This document shows, in pieces, positions 44,538 through 53,183 of a stretch of 56,491 nucleotides of DNA; position 1 is the first letter of the stretch, and each line of letters opens with the position of its first letter. The DNA comes from Patescibacteria group bacterium (lineage in GTDB: Bacteria; Patescibacteriota; Gracilibacteria; UBA1369; UM-FILTER-53-11): positions 1-56,491 of the forward strand of contig JBBTWV010000002.1 in NCBI GenBank assembly GCA_038062615.1, read 5' to 3'. The position numbers and the translations under genes were made by a program. Below the pieces are notes generated by a model. The model did not search any database, had not been told where the DNA came from, and saw only the letters and a program-made list of their open reading frames with translations.

Positions 44538-44774
44538 TTAGGCTTTAGGAAGGGGAGGAACCACCGTCCAACGCTTGAGTTTGGAGAGTGGGCGCGTCTC
44601 ATAAATGGTTACTTTATCGCCGACTTGATACTTGTTCTCTGGATCGTGCGCATAGAACTTTTTAGATGAACTTACGAGTTTTTTATACTTTGGATGAGCT
44701 CTTTTGGAAGTAACTTTAACCACAAGGGTCTTTTCCATTTTGTTGCTCATGACAGTTCCAACTTTAGTTCTCAT
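44538..44774 (-). CDS. rpsQ: 30S ribosomal protein S17
   Basis: [16 protein letters not shown]...HPKYKKLV...[26 protein letters not shown]. Confidence 0.9.
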   Translation of the reverse strand: MRTKVGTVMSNKMEKTLVVKVTSKRAHPKYKKLVSSSKKFYAHDPENKYQVGDKVTIYETRPLSKLKRWTVVPPLPKA

Positions 44775-44792
44775 AAGAATTGAGGATAATTA

Positions 44793-45023
44793 CTATTTCG
44801 TTACGGCACTTTTAGCATTCTCTTTGACTTGTTCCATAGAGAGCCAGCGCTTCATGGTTTTAATACGAGCAATGTATTTGCGCAAGCTTTTTAACTTCGA
44901 CGTCTCTTTGCTCTGGCGTCCTGCAACCGAGAGTCGCAGCTTGAGCAAGTTGATCCGGCCTTTGCGGATTTCTTCAACCAGTTCTTTCTCTGTCATCTTT
45001 TTGAGTTCGTCGGGGGTAAGCAT
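44793..45023 (-). CDS. rpmC: 50S ribosomal protein L29
   Basis: LKKMTEKELVEEIRKGRINLLKLRL, in the position between rplP and rpsQ. Confidence 0.85.
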   Translation of the reverse strand: MLTPDELKKMTEKELVEEIRKGRINLLKLRLSVAGRQSKETSKLKSLRKYIARIKTMKRWLSMEQVKENAKSAVTK

Positions 45024-45027
45024 GGGG

Positions 45028-45088
45028 ATTGTTGCGCCCTGCGGGCGCGTTATTGGCTTAGCCGTCGCCTCGACGGCTAAGCCTGTTA
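45028..45088 (-). repeat. Family B repeat (B4) filling the rplP-rpmC spacer
   Basis: ATTGTTGCGCCCTGCGGGCGCGTTATTGGCTTAGCCGTCGCCTCGACGGCTAAGCCTGTTA, with a perfect 10-bp stem TTAGCCGTCG/CGACGGCTAA. The terminal TTA is the complement of the rplP stop. Confidence 0.7.
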
Positions 45089-45499
45089 GTGTGAGATAAC
45101 GAAGCGAGTTCTTACGGGGAGTTTGCTTGCAGCCAGGTACATGGCTCTCTTGGCGAGATCTTGGGTTACGCCATCCATTTCCATAATAATGTGGCCTTTT
45201 CGTACCTGTGAGACATAGAATTCGACGGTTCCCTTACCGGCACCCATGGGTACTTCAGCCGCTTTGCGAGTGATGGGCTGGTGAGGAAAAATTCGAATCC
45301 AGATTTTTCCTCCGCGTTTGAGGCAGTGCGCAACAGCTTTACGTGCGGCTTCCAGCTGACGAGAATTGATCTCGCCGCCACTTTGAGCTTTGAGTCCAAA
45401 AGATCCAAAGCTGAGTTGATGGCCGGAAGTTGCGACACCATACTGGCTGTTTCGCATCCGATGCCACTTCCTATATTTCGTTCGAGCAGGCTGTAACAT
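45086..45499 (-). CDS. rplP: 50S ribosomal protein L16
   Basis: MLQPARTKYRKWHRMR...GGKIWIRIFPHQPITRKAAEVPMGAGKG. Confidence 0.9.
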   Translation of the reverse strand: MLQPARTKYRKWHRMRNSQYGVATSGHQLSFGSFGLKAQSGGEINSRQLEAARKAVAHCLKRGGKIWIRIFPHQPITRKAAEVPMGAGKGTVEFYVSQVRKGHIIMEMDGVTQDLAKRAMYLAASKLPVRTRFVISH

Positions 45500-45507
45500 A
45501 GAAAATC

Positions 45508-46137
45508 TTAATGAAACACTTCACCGCGATAAACCCACACCTTTACTCCGATGGTTCCATAGGTGGTTATGGCCCGGTAGTAACCGTAATCAATATCAGC
45601 ACGGAAAGTTTGAAGTGGAATTTTTCCGGCAGCAAAGAACTCACTGCGAGCAATTTCAACACCATTGAGACGCCCAGCGCAGTTGATCTTTACGCCTTTG
45701 GCGCCCGATTCCATAGAACGTTCAATAGAAATCTTGCAGGCGCGTCGGTAAGGGATGCGCTTTTCGATCTGCTTGCCCACCAGCTCTGCCAAAATGTAGG
45801 CATCTTGGTACGGCTTCTTAATCTCTTTAATGTTGATGATGAATTTGTCATGGAACTTGGCTTCAAGATCCTTGCGAAGATTATCAATGGCGGCTCCTTG
45901 GCTGCCAATGGCAAGACCTGGCCTTGAACTCATAATATTCACCGTAACTTGATTGGCATTGCGGAGAATCTCAATATGAGAGACGCCAGCTTCGGAAAGT
46001 TTTTTCTCAACGAACTTTCGAAGTTGAATATCCTGATGCAGCGTCTTTGCAAAGTTATGCTTGTTGGCATACCACTTTGAGTCCCAGGTGCGGTTGATAC
46101 CGAGACGGAGTCCAATTGGATGTACTTTTTGACCCAT
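45508..46137 (-). CDS. rpsC: 30S ribosomal protein S3
   Basis: MGQKVHPIGLRLGINRTWDSKWYA, plus a KH domain. Confidence 0.9.
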   Translation of the reverse strand: MGQKVHPIGLRLGINRTWDSKWYANKHNFAKTLHQDIQLRKFVEKKLSEAGVSHIEILRNANQVTVNIMSSRPGLAIGSQGAAIDNLRKDLEAKFHDKFIINIKEIKKPYQDAYILAELVGKQIEKRIPYRRACKISIERSMESGAKGVKINCAGRLNGVEIARSEFFAAGKIPLQTFRADIDYGYYRAITTYGTIGVKVWVYRGEVFH

Positions 46138-46151
46138 GGGGAGAGAAATAA

Positions 46152-46553
46152 TTAAGCTTGAATTTTCTGAGTAACTTTTACAGGCTTTTCTTTAATAACT
46201 TTTTTCACTTTTGCATCAGGAGCGGCTGTACGCACGGCCACTTCTACCGTAATGTGGCTTGTTCTTTTGAGGATAGGATGAGCACGTCCTTTTGATACGG
46301 GACGATGCCGTTTAAGAGTGGATCCTTCATTCACAATGATCTTGCTGATGTAGAGATCTTTGCGCTGCTGTTTGAAGTTTTGCTCGGCGTTGGCAACGGC
46401 AGAGCGAATCGTCTCCATAAGAGGCTTGGCACTTTTCTTGGGAGTAAAGCGCAGAAAGTTAATGGCTGTTTCTGCGGATTTGCCGCGAACAAGATCAGCG
46501 ACGAGGTTCACTTTTTTTGGAGAGATGCGGAGATATCTTCGGATAGCTTTCAT
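46152..46553 (-). CDS. rplV: 50S ribosomal protein L22
   Basis: MKAIRRYLRISPKKVNLVADLVRGKSAETAINFLRFTPKK. The tracked TTG start at 46589 reads through a repeat-like GC-rich stretch. Confidence 0.85.
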   Translation of the reverse strand: MKAIRRYLRISPKKVNLVADLVRGKSAETAINFLRFTPKKSAKPLMETIRSAVANAEQNFKQQRKDLYISKIIVNEGSTLKRHRPVSKGRAHPILKRTSHITVEVAVRTAAPDAKVKKVIKEKPVKVTQKIQA

Positions 46554-46652
46554 GAGGCGAGGGAGCGAAGCGACCGAGCCTTTTACCAATTGAGGGTTGT
46601 CGCCGTTAGCTTAGTGAGTGATATAAACTTAGGAGCACAGATTAAAGATTTT

Positions 46653-47030
46653 CTATTTCGCTGGTGCTTTAGTAGGGGCAGCGGCACCGGCAGCAGGTGC
46701 ACCGGTTGCTCCAGGAGCAGGAGCGGCGCCGCCTTCAGCGGCAGAACCAGTACCAACTTCGCGAGCCAAACGGCCACCGTGAGCTCTAAATTTACGAGTA
46801 GGGGAGAATTCACCAAGACGATGTCCCACCATGTTTTCACTTACGAACACCGGGATGTGCTGCTTGCCATTGTGGACTCCAAAGGTGTGGCCCACAAATT
46901 CTGGAGGAATCTGGCAAGAACGTGCCCAAGTCTTGATAATCTTTTTTTGTCCGATGGCATTGAGTGCCGCAACTTTCTTCACAAGTTTGGCATCTACGTA
47001 AGGACCTTTTTTTGAACTGCGATGTGACAT
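46653..47030 (-). CDS. rpsS: 30S ribosomal protein S19 with ~35-aa Gly/Ala/Pro-rich C-terminal extension
   Basis: [14 protein letters not shown]...[34 protein letters not shown], then [33 protein letters not shown]. Confidence 0.9.
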   Translation of the reverse strand: MSHRSSKKGPYVDAKLVKKVAALNAIGQKKIIKTWARSCQIPPEFVGHTFGVHNGKQHIPVFVSENMVGHRLGEFSPTRKFRAHGGRLAREVGTGSAAEGGAAPAPGATGAPAAGAAAPTKAPAK

Positions 47031-47031
47031 A

Positions 47032-47886
47032 TCACTCAGTTTTAATTAATTGCTTGCCCTTGCGGGTGCGGATGATAAAGCGGTTTGTCCATTTTTTGCG
47101 CGTGCGAGTTTTGTGACCCAACGCCGGGGCACCCCATGGAGTTTTAGGATGAATGAGACCGATCGTAGTACTTCCTTCACCACCACCGTGTGGATGATCA
47201 ATCGGGTTCATGGCTTTACCTTGTACTTCCGGACGCAGACCTTTCCAGCGTGCTCGGCCGGCTTTTCCAAGCGAGACCAAGTTGTGGTCAGGATTACTGA
47301 CGCGACCAATGGAAGCGTAGCAGGTTTTATGCACAAATCGAAGTTCCTTAGAAGGCATTTCGACCTGGGCATAACGACCTTCGAGCGAGATAAGCCGTGC
47401 TGCTGAACCAGCAGATCGGATAACTTGCCCGCCCTTACCGGAGGTCATTTCCAGATTATGAATCTCAAAACCAACAGGAATATTTTTAAGTTGAATGCGA
47501 TTGCCAACCTTTATTTTGGCCTTCGCCTTGGTCATAATGGTACCGCCGACCGTAATGCCGTGTGGCGCTAAGTGATAACGTTTTTCACCATCGGCGTAGT
47601 GCACCAACATAATGAAGCAAGTGCGGAAAGGATCATATTCAATGGCGGCAACTTTGCCTGGCACATCCAATTTTTCCGTCTGTTTAAAATCAATCAAGCG
47701 ATACAAAACCTTGTTTCCTCCGCCGCGATGGCGCACCGTGAGGCGACCCTGATTATTACGACCAGCGTGTTTTTGAATGCGTACGCGCAGACGTTTCTCA
47801 GGACGATGTTTCGTGAGTTCTTCGTACGTAAGGCTAACGCGGAAGCGTTGGCCGGGAGTCGTTGGTTTAAATGATTTGACTGGCAT
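47032..47886 (-). CDS. rplB: 50S ribosomal protein L2
   Basis: [17 protein letters not shown]...[16 protein letters not shown]. Confidence 0.9.
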   Translation of the reverse strand: MPVKSFKPTTPGQRFRVSLTYEELTKHRPEKRLRVRIQKHAGRNNQGRLTVRHRGGGNKVLYRLIDFKQTEKLDVPGKVAAIEYDPFRTCFIMLVHYADGEKRYHLAPHGITVGGTIMTKAKAKIKVGNRIQLKNIPVGFEIHNLEMTSGKGGQVIRSAGSAARLISLEGRYAQVEMPSKELRFVHKTCYASIGRVSNPDHNLVSLGKAGRARWKGLRPEVQGKAMNPIDHPHGGGEGSTTIGLIHPKTPWGAPALGHKTRTRKKWTNRFIIRTRKGKQLIKTE

Positions 47887-47894
47887 AGAGATGG

Positions 47895-47967
47895 GTGTCC
47901 TTGCGAGCGTTAGCGAAGCAATCTAGTGTAGGTTGCTTCGTCCCATGGATGGGACTCGCAATGACAG
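47895..47967 (-). repeat. Family A nested-hairpin repeat (A2) filling the rplW-rplB spacer
   Basis: GTGTCCTTGCGAGCGTTAGCGAAGCAATCTAG...TTGCTTCGTC...CTCGCAATGACAG. The outer arms GTCCTTGCGAG/CTCGCAATGAC and inner arms GCGAAGCAA/TTGCTTCG are complementary. Confidence 0.7.
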
Positions 47968-48267
47968 TTATGACTTAACTTTAGGCTTCATGGCATCAAT
48001 TACCTTGAGACCTTTGGTGGTAATAATAACTTTTTTTAAAGCTGGTCTCTTTGTTACTGGCGTCCGAGCCTTTCCAATCTTAGTCTTTTTAGGCGTTTTG
48101 ATGACGTTCACTTTTGCCGCATCAACTCCGTAAATTTCTTTGAAAGCGGCGCGAATATCAACTTTGGTGGCATAAGGCCGAACAAAGAACTGAAACTTTC
48201 CCTTCTTCTCTGCGGAAGTTGCTTTTTCGGTAATGACTGGACGTAAAAAGAAATCGAAGGTTTTCAT
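47968..48267 (-). CDS. rplW: 50S ribosomal protein L23
   Basis: LRPVITEKATSAEKKGKFQFFVRPYATKVDIRAAFKEIYGV. Confidence 0.9.
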   Translation of the reverse strand: MKTFDFFLRPVITEKATSAEKKGKFQFFVRPYATKVDIRAAFKEIYGVDAAKVNVIKTPKKTKIGKARTPVTKRPALKKVIITTKGLKVIDAMKPKVKS

Positions 48268-48275
48268 GTGAGAAA

Positions 48276-48905
48276 TTATGAGCTAAGGAAGACTTCTTCT
48301 AATTTAGCGATTGAGGCTTTTAAAAAGACAATATCTCTATACTTCAGCAGGTCCACAACATTGAGGTAATTTACCAGGATAGATTTAACTGAAGGAATGT
48401 TGCGGCTGGAACGGTAGAGAGTTTCATCTTTACCTGGGAGTACAAAGAGAACCGTCTTTTTAAATGGAAGTTTTTTGAGCATCTCATTGAACTTCTTGGT
48501 CTTGGGAGTTTCTGAATCGAATGCTTCTAATGCGGAAACGTTGCCGTCTTTGAGCTTTGAAGCGAGGGCAGAGAACAAAGCACCACGGCGTTCTTTTTTA
48601 GAAGCGAAGAGCTCAAAATTTCTGGCGTTACGAGGACCAAAAGCCACACCACCTCCACGGAAGTGCGGGTTGGTAATGGAACCCTGGCGGGCATTACCAG
48701 TGTGCTTTTGTTTGTAAGGTTTTTTACCACCACCACGCACCTCACCTTTGGTCATGGTGTGAGCAATAGGGTGGCGCTTGTTGGATTGCTGCAACACGAG
48801 CATGCGATGCATGAGAGGCTTATTGATAGCGTGCCCAAAAATTTTTTCTGGAACCATTACTTCGCCTTTAGGGCTGCCGTCTTGTGAGTACAGGGGGATT
48901 TTCAT
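48276..48905 (-). CDS. rplD: 50S ribosomal protein L4
   Basis: TKGEVRGGGKKPYKQKHTGNARQGSITNPHFRGGGVAFGP. Confidence 0.9.
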   Translation of the reverse strand: MKIPLYSQDGSPKGEVMVPEKIFGHAINKPLMHRMLVLQQSNKRHPIAHTMTKGEVRGGGKKPYKQKHTGNARQGSITNPHFRGGGVAFGPRNARNFELFASKKERRGALFSALASKLKDGNVSALEAFDSETPKTKKFNEMLKKLPFKKTVLFVLPGKDETLYRSSRNIPSVKSILVNYLNVVDLLKYRDIVFLKASIAKLEEVFLSS

Positions 48906-48907
48906 AA

Positions 48908-49486
48908 TTAACTGTTAACCATTACGAGTCCTCCGCGCGGCCCGGGAACCGGACCCTTGATGAGGAGAATATTTCTTTCAGGGAGAACTTGGATGAGTGG
49001 AATATTTCGAGTGGTGAGACTCTCAAAGCCCATATGGCCGGCCATCTTTTTACCTTTGTGGATGCGGCCTGGGTTTGAACGGGCACCGATGGAGCCTGGT
49101 TCGCGGTTGAAGTGGCTTCCGTGGCTGCCTGGCCCAGAATGGAAGTGGTGGCGCTTCATGAAGCCAGCAAATCCTTTTCCTTTGGAAACGGCTTTTACCG
49201 TTACCAACTTAATTTCTTTGAAGGCCTCCACCGTAACTTGGTCACCGACTTTGTAATCCTCCGGCTTTTCAACATGGAACTCGCGCAGGAACCGGTATTT
49301 TCTGGTTTTGCGCGGTTTTTTCAATGCGTTAAACCCGAGGACTATCGCCGGATATCCATCTTTGTCTACCGTTTTGATCTGAGTAATGACCGAAGGAGAA
49401 CAACTCAGAACGGTGACAGGGATCACACGACCATCGTCTTGGAATATGCGAGTCATGCCCATTTTTGTGCCCAGAATACCTGGCAT
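48908..49486 (-). CDS. rplC: 50S ribosomal protein L3
   Basis: MPGILGTKMGMTRIFQDDGRVIPVTV matches the canonical L3 N-terminus. The tracked ORF extends to 49552 with 22 non-conserved residues. Confidence 0.85.
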   Translation of the reverse strand: MPGILGTKMGMTRIFQDDGRVIPVTVLSCSPSVITQIKTVDKDGYPAIVLGFNALKKPRKTRKYRFLREFHVEKPEDYKVGDQVTVEAFKEIKLVTVKAVSKGKGFAGFMKRHHFHSGPGSHGSHFNREPGSIGARSNPGRIHKGKKMAGHMGFESLTTRNIPLIQVLPERNILLIKGPVPGPRGGLVMVNS

Positions 49487-49610
49487 ACAGGAGAGGTTAG
49501 GAACTACTTTGCGAAACTTTTGGACTTGCTGGGAGTTATCCCGTCTCGACATACGTCGGGACGCCTAGGTTTCAAGCTAACGTGCTGATTTTCTTATTAG
49601 GTGCTTGTAC

Positions 49611-49639
49611 AAGTTACAGATAACCAATTTCGATGTCAA
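49611..49639 (-). promoter_or_regulatory. Putative promoter for rplC and downstream genes: TTGACA (49639-49634), 17 nt, TAACTT (49616-49611)
   Basis: Read on the minus strand within the 49487-49697 spacer created by the opposite-strand gene. Confidence 0.4.
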
Positions 49640-49658
49640 TTTCAGGTTACAGAAGCAC

Positions 49659-49687
49659 TTGACATTATTACTTTAATATAATACAAT
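49659..49687 (+). promoter_or_regulatory. Promoter TTGACA (49659-49664), 17 nt, TACAAT (49682-49687), 10 nt before the ATG at 49698
   Basis: Near-consensus hexamers at ideal spacing directly upstream of the orphan ORF. Confidence 0.5.
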
Positions 49688-49697
49688 CTTCATCCTT

Positions 49698-50687
49698 ATG
49701 AATACTACACCCTCATCGGATAGAAGAAACATAGATCAACTTGTGACGGATTTAAGGAGAGAACCCCTTCAGCTTCCTCCTGCCAATGCCACAGATGTGC
49801 AAGAGCGCCGTTTGGCCATTCGTAACCTTATTTTGGAGGCAACTCGCAATACCCTTTTTCAATTGTGTGATAACCAAGGCAACGGGCTTGTATACGATAA
49901 CGCTTGGCCACCACTTGATGGTGTTTCAACGATAGTTGATGGCCATGACGTACACGATTTTATGGAAGCCTTTCGTCATCATCTTGACCCGCAAAGTCCG
50001 CATTTTGATAATCTTCTTGCCGACCCTGACGTTGGAATTACTCGCCTTATTTCAATTTTTACCAAAATGGCCGTGGAGGTGGCCAGCCGAGGAGGAAGTC
50101 CATCCGCAATCTTTAAATATTTTAGAAGATTAACTGAAGAAGATTTACCAGTTGATGTACTAAGTGTGGGAAGAGTTCCGGAAACAAAATATTATGGTCT
50201 CGAAGAATTGCCCTGGGATAAACCAGAAAGCAGATCTAAGCCATTTACTGCCAAAGGATTATTGCAAGAGAAGCTCGGTGGAGCTTTGGTGCGTTATTGG
50301 TCATTTATGAATGACTATTTCTTAGCGCAAACATTACAAGAACCGAGATTTGCAGAACAAGCTGAATATATAAATACATTTAAAAAAGCTTTTGGAGATT
50401 TGCTCAGTAAAGCTGGTATTACGTCTGACTGGATTATGTGTTGGTTCTTTACTATATCTCATGCACTGGAAACCCAGGTGACTTCTGCAATGACCACGGA
50501 GATGAGCTTGGCCCTTATGCAACTCGGACAGGAAACAGTGGCCATTCTGGGGGGAGGTGACCAAAATAAGCATGCACTCATTGGACAGGCAGTTCAAAAA
50601 TTTGCACAACAAACATTGCCGGCTTTAGTAAACCAAGCGCCGCAAGCAGGACCAGCTTTGCTTCCCATTCGACAAGCTGAGGAGTGA
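49698..50687 (+). CDS. Orphan 329-aa helical protein inserted on the opposite strand between rpsJ and rplC
   Basis: Long ORF with its own promoter. No recognisable domain, signal peptide or TM segment. Confidence 0.65.
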   Translation: MNTTPSSDRRNIDQLVTDLRREPLQLPPANATDVQERRLAIRNLILEATRNTLFQLCDNQGNGLVYDNAWPPLDGVSTIVDGHDVHDFMEAFRHHLDPQSPHFDNLLADPDVGITRLISIFTKMAVEVASRGGSPSAIFKYFRRLTEEDLPVDVLSVGRVPETKYYGLEELPWDKPESRSKPFTAKGLLQEKLGGALVRYWSFMNDYFLAQTLQEPRFAEQAEYINTFKKAFGDLLSKAGITSDWIMCWFFTISHALETQVTSAMTTEMSLALMQLGQETVAILGGGDQNKHALIGQAVQKFAQQTLPALVNQAPQAGPALLPIRQAEE

Positions 50688-50694
50688 CATTCCG

Positions 50695-50706
50695 CTCGCA
50701 ATGACA
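50695..50706 (-). repeat. Family A right-arm fragment (A4)
   Basis: CTCGCAATGACA is identical to the right arm of A2 and A3. It lies in the 22-nt gap between the orphan ORF stop and the rpsJ stop. Confidence 0.45.
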
Positions 50707-50709
50707 TCG

Positions 50710-51051
50710 CTATTTCTTCGTGGGTAACTCGCTGGAGATCATCTTAATTTCGACATCCACACCGGCTGGTAAACTCAGGTTGCTCAGAGATTCAATGGTC
50801 TTTGGCGTTGATTCCGTAATATCAATAAGGCGCTTGTGCTCACGCATCTCAAACTGCTCGCGGCTGTTTTTGTGAACAAACGTAGAGCGGTTTACCGTGA
50901 ATTTTTTGATGCGTGTTGGCAGGGGAATAGGACCGGCAATAATGGCTCCGCTTTTTTCTGCCGTATCAATGATGAGTTTTGTGGACTCATCAGCAACCTT
51001 ATGATCAAAAGCCTTGATCTTAATTCTGATTTTCTGTTGAGCTGTGGCCAT
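50710..51051 (-). CDS. rpsJ: 30S ribosomal protein S10
   Basis: [50 protein letters not shown]. Confidence 0.9.
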   Translation of the reverse strand: MATAQQKIRIKIKAFDHKVADESTKLIIDTAEKSGAIIAGPIPLPTRIKKFTVNRSTFVHKNSREQFEMREHKRLIDITESTPKTIESLSNLSLPAGVDVEIKMISSELPTKK

Positions 51052-51060
51052 AGAAAGGAT

Positions 51061-51132
51061 TGTCCTTGCGAGCGTAGCGAAGCAATCTAGACTAGTTTGC
51101 TTCGTCGGCCTTTGGGCCTTCTCGCAATGACA
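51061..51132 (-). repeat. Family A nested-hairpin repeat (A3) filling the tuf-rpsJ spacer
   Basis: TGTCCTTGCGAGCGTAGCGAAGCAATCTAGACTAGTTTGCTTCGTCGGCCTTTGGGCCTTCTCGCAATGACA. It directly abuts the tuf stop codon (51133-51135). Confidence 0.7.
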
Positions 51133-52332
51133 TTACTCGATGATCTTTGTTACAACTCCGGCACCAACCGTCTTACCACCTTCACGAATAGCAAAGCGAA
51201 GACCGGCGTCCATAGCAATAGGTACTCCAAGAACTACCACGAGTTTGACGTTATCACCTGGCATAACCATTTCTGCGCCGGCTGGAAGTTCAATATTTCC
51301 CGTCACATCCGTGGTGCGCATATAGAACTGAGGCTTGTATCCTTTGAAGAATGGAGTATGACGACCACCTTCTTCTTTGGTGAGTACATAAATTTCGCAC
51401 TCAAACTTGGTGTGAGGCTTGATAGTTCCTGGTTTAGCAAGAACCTGTCCGCGTTGGATTTCTTCTTTTTCAATACCGCGGAGGAGGAGACCTACGTTGT
51501 CTCCAGCCTGACCTTGGTCCAAAAGTTTCTTGAACATTTCAACACCAGTAACTACCGTCTTGCGAACGGGAGTAATACCAATGAGCTCAACTTCTTCGTT
51601 AATCTTCACAACGCCTTGTTCGATTCTTCCTGTAGCCACCGTACCGCGTCCTTTAATAGAGAAGACATCTTCTACAGGCATGATGAATGGCTTATCCAAA
51701 GGACGATCAGGCATTGGGATGTAGGTATCGAGCTGTTCGAGGAGGTCAAGAATTGGTTTTGCAGCGGCCTCGTCATTTGGATTTTCCATAGCCTTGAGAG
51801 CGGAGCCTTTAATAATTGGAGTTTTATCGCCTGGGAAGCCGTACTTGGTAAGAAGTTCGCGGATTTCCATTTCCGTAAGCTGGGCAATTTCCGGGTCAGC
51901 CATATCCATCTTGTTCATGAAAACGACGATGTATGGAACGTTTACCTGCTTGGCAAGAAGAATGTGTTCACGAGTTTGCGGCATGGGTCCATCGGCGGCA
52001 GATACCACAAGAATAGCGCCATCCATTTGGGCAGCACCGGTAATCATATTCTTAATATAGTCAGCATGACCAGGACAGTCCACGTGAGCATAGTGGCGGT
52101 TTGGAGTCTCATACTCCTGATGGGAAGTGGCAATGGTAATACCACGAGCCTTTTCTTCTGGAGCGTTATCAATCTGGTCATAGCGCACCGCCTTGTTGGA
52201 AGCGCTTGGCCACCTAGCGGAACACACCATGGTTATGGCGGCCGTTAAAGTTGTCTTTCCATGGTCAACGTGACCGATGGTACCGACGTTGAGATGAGGT
52301 TTCTTACGATCGAACTTAACTTGATCCGCCAT
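51133..52332 (-). CDS. tuf: Elongation factor Tu
   Basis: [26 protein letters not shown] and NKMD motifs. Confidence 0.95.
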   Translation of the reverse strand: MADQVKFDRKKPHLNVGTIGHVDHGKTTLTAAITMVCSARWPSASNKAVRYDQIDNAPEEKARGITIATSHQEYETPNRHYAHVDCPGHADYIKNMITGAAQMDGAILVVSAADGPMPQTREHILLAKQVNVPYIVVFMNKMDMADPEIAQLTEMEIRELLTKYGFPGDKTPIIKGSALKAMENPNDEAAAKPILDLLEQLDTYIPMPDRPLDKPFIMPVEDVFSIKGRGTVATGRIEQGVVKINEEVELIGITPVRKTVVTGVEMFKKLLDQGQAGDNVGLLLRGIEKEEIQRGQVLAKPGTIKPHTKFECEIYVLTKEEGGRHTPFFKGYKPQFYMRTTDVTGNIELPAGAEMVMPGDNVKLVVVLGVPIAMDAGLRFAIREGGKTVGAGVVTKIIE

Positions 52333-52376
52333 AGTATTAAAAGTTAGAAGTTAATAAAGCTTAAATAGCGAAGATG

Positions 52377-52405
52377 ATTCTAGAGGAAGAAAAAGGGCTT
52401 TGCAA
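52377..52405 (-). promoter_or_regulatory. Putative tuf promoter: TTGCAA (52405-52400), 17 nt, TAGAAT (52382-52377)
   Basis: Read on the minus strand. The -10 ends 44 nt upstream of the tuf ATG. Confidence 0.45.
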
Positions 52406-52463
52406 GAGAAAAAATGAGGAAATATGGCATTAATATATGGAATGTTCTTGGGCTCCGCCTCTG

Positions 52464-53183
52464 CTATTCCTGTCCCATTTGAGCTAGATCGCCAAAATAT
52501 ATGGAATATTCTTTGGCTCCACGGCTACTCGTTTCGTTATTCCCATCTTTGTTTATGATCTCAAAATGTTCTGCTCCAACAATATTGGAACCTCTCCAGT
52601 GAAGGGTGAACTCGCTCCCTAATCCGCCACCAGATCCTCCATTAAATGATTCATTCTCTGGAAGGGTGACGAGCAATTTACAGGAATCCTTAAGGAGATC
52701 GCAGATATAAAGTGTTCTTTGATCCATTAAGTCGGGAACATAGGCCAATCTTGTGCTATCGGGCGAAGCAGTGAAGTTCATCCATCCGCCAGCCCATATA
52801 GAATTTATTGCCATTTTTTTAAATTTTTTCGTCTGGGTGTTGAATTTATAAAGAGGACCATATCCGGCATCAGTTTCGGGCATCGTAACTGAGAAAAAAA
52901 CTGCGTTGGAGTTATAAGGTTGAGCGATGAGAGTCAAAGATTCAGTCACTTTTAAATCAGGAAGCTGGTCGCGCACATTTTGTAGCACGATGCTTTTCTT
53001 TCCTGTTTTGCGACTGATTTTATAGAGCTTTGAGGTAAATCCATATTCCTCTCGTTCAGACCATTTTATCTCAATACCATAATCAAATAGCTTGGTACTT
53101 TGGGCACTTGCTGGAACAGCAAAAAGTAAAAAAGCCGCGCTGCAAATGGAGACAGAAAAAATGATTTTAATAAATTTTTGCAT
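52464..53183 (-). CDS. Hypothetical secreted protein inserted between fusA and tuf
   Basis: Signal peptide MQKFIKIIFSVSICSAAFLLFAVPASA|QS. Beta-rich sequence with no recognisable domain. Confidence 0.65.
   Translation of the reverse strand: MQKFIKIIFSVSICSAAFLLFAVPASAQSTKLFDYGIEIKWSEREEYGFTSKLYKISRKTGKKSIVLQNVRDQLPDLKVTESLTLIAQPYNSNAVFFSVTMPETDAGYGPLYKFNTQTKKFKKMAINSIWAGGWMNFTASPDSTRLAYVPDLMDQRTLYICDLLKDSCKLLVTLPENESFNGGSGGGLGSEFTLHWRGSNIVGAEHFEIINKDGNNETSSRGAKEYSIYFGDLAQMGQE

Noticed and set aside
46554-46652. A possible additional degenerate family A/B repeat in the rpsS-rplV spacer (GCGAGGGAGCGAAGCGACC...GTTGTCGCCGTTAGCTTAG)
   Set aside because: It resembles both families only in short stretches, and I could not define arms or boundaries with confidence.
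51097-52248. 383-aa plus-strand ORF antisense to tuf. Similar cases are 54682-55875 (397 aa, antisense to fusA), 46305-47015, 40621-41121 and 45511-45927.
   Set aside because: These are shadow ORFs opposite highly conserved genes whose protein identity is unambiguous. Their sequences are low-complexity with no recognisable motifs.
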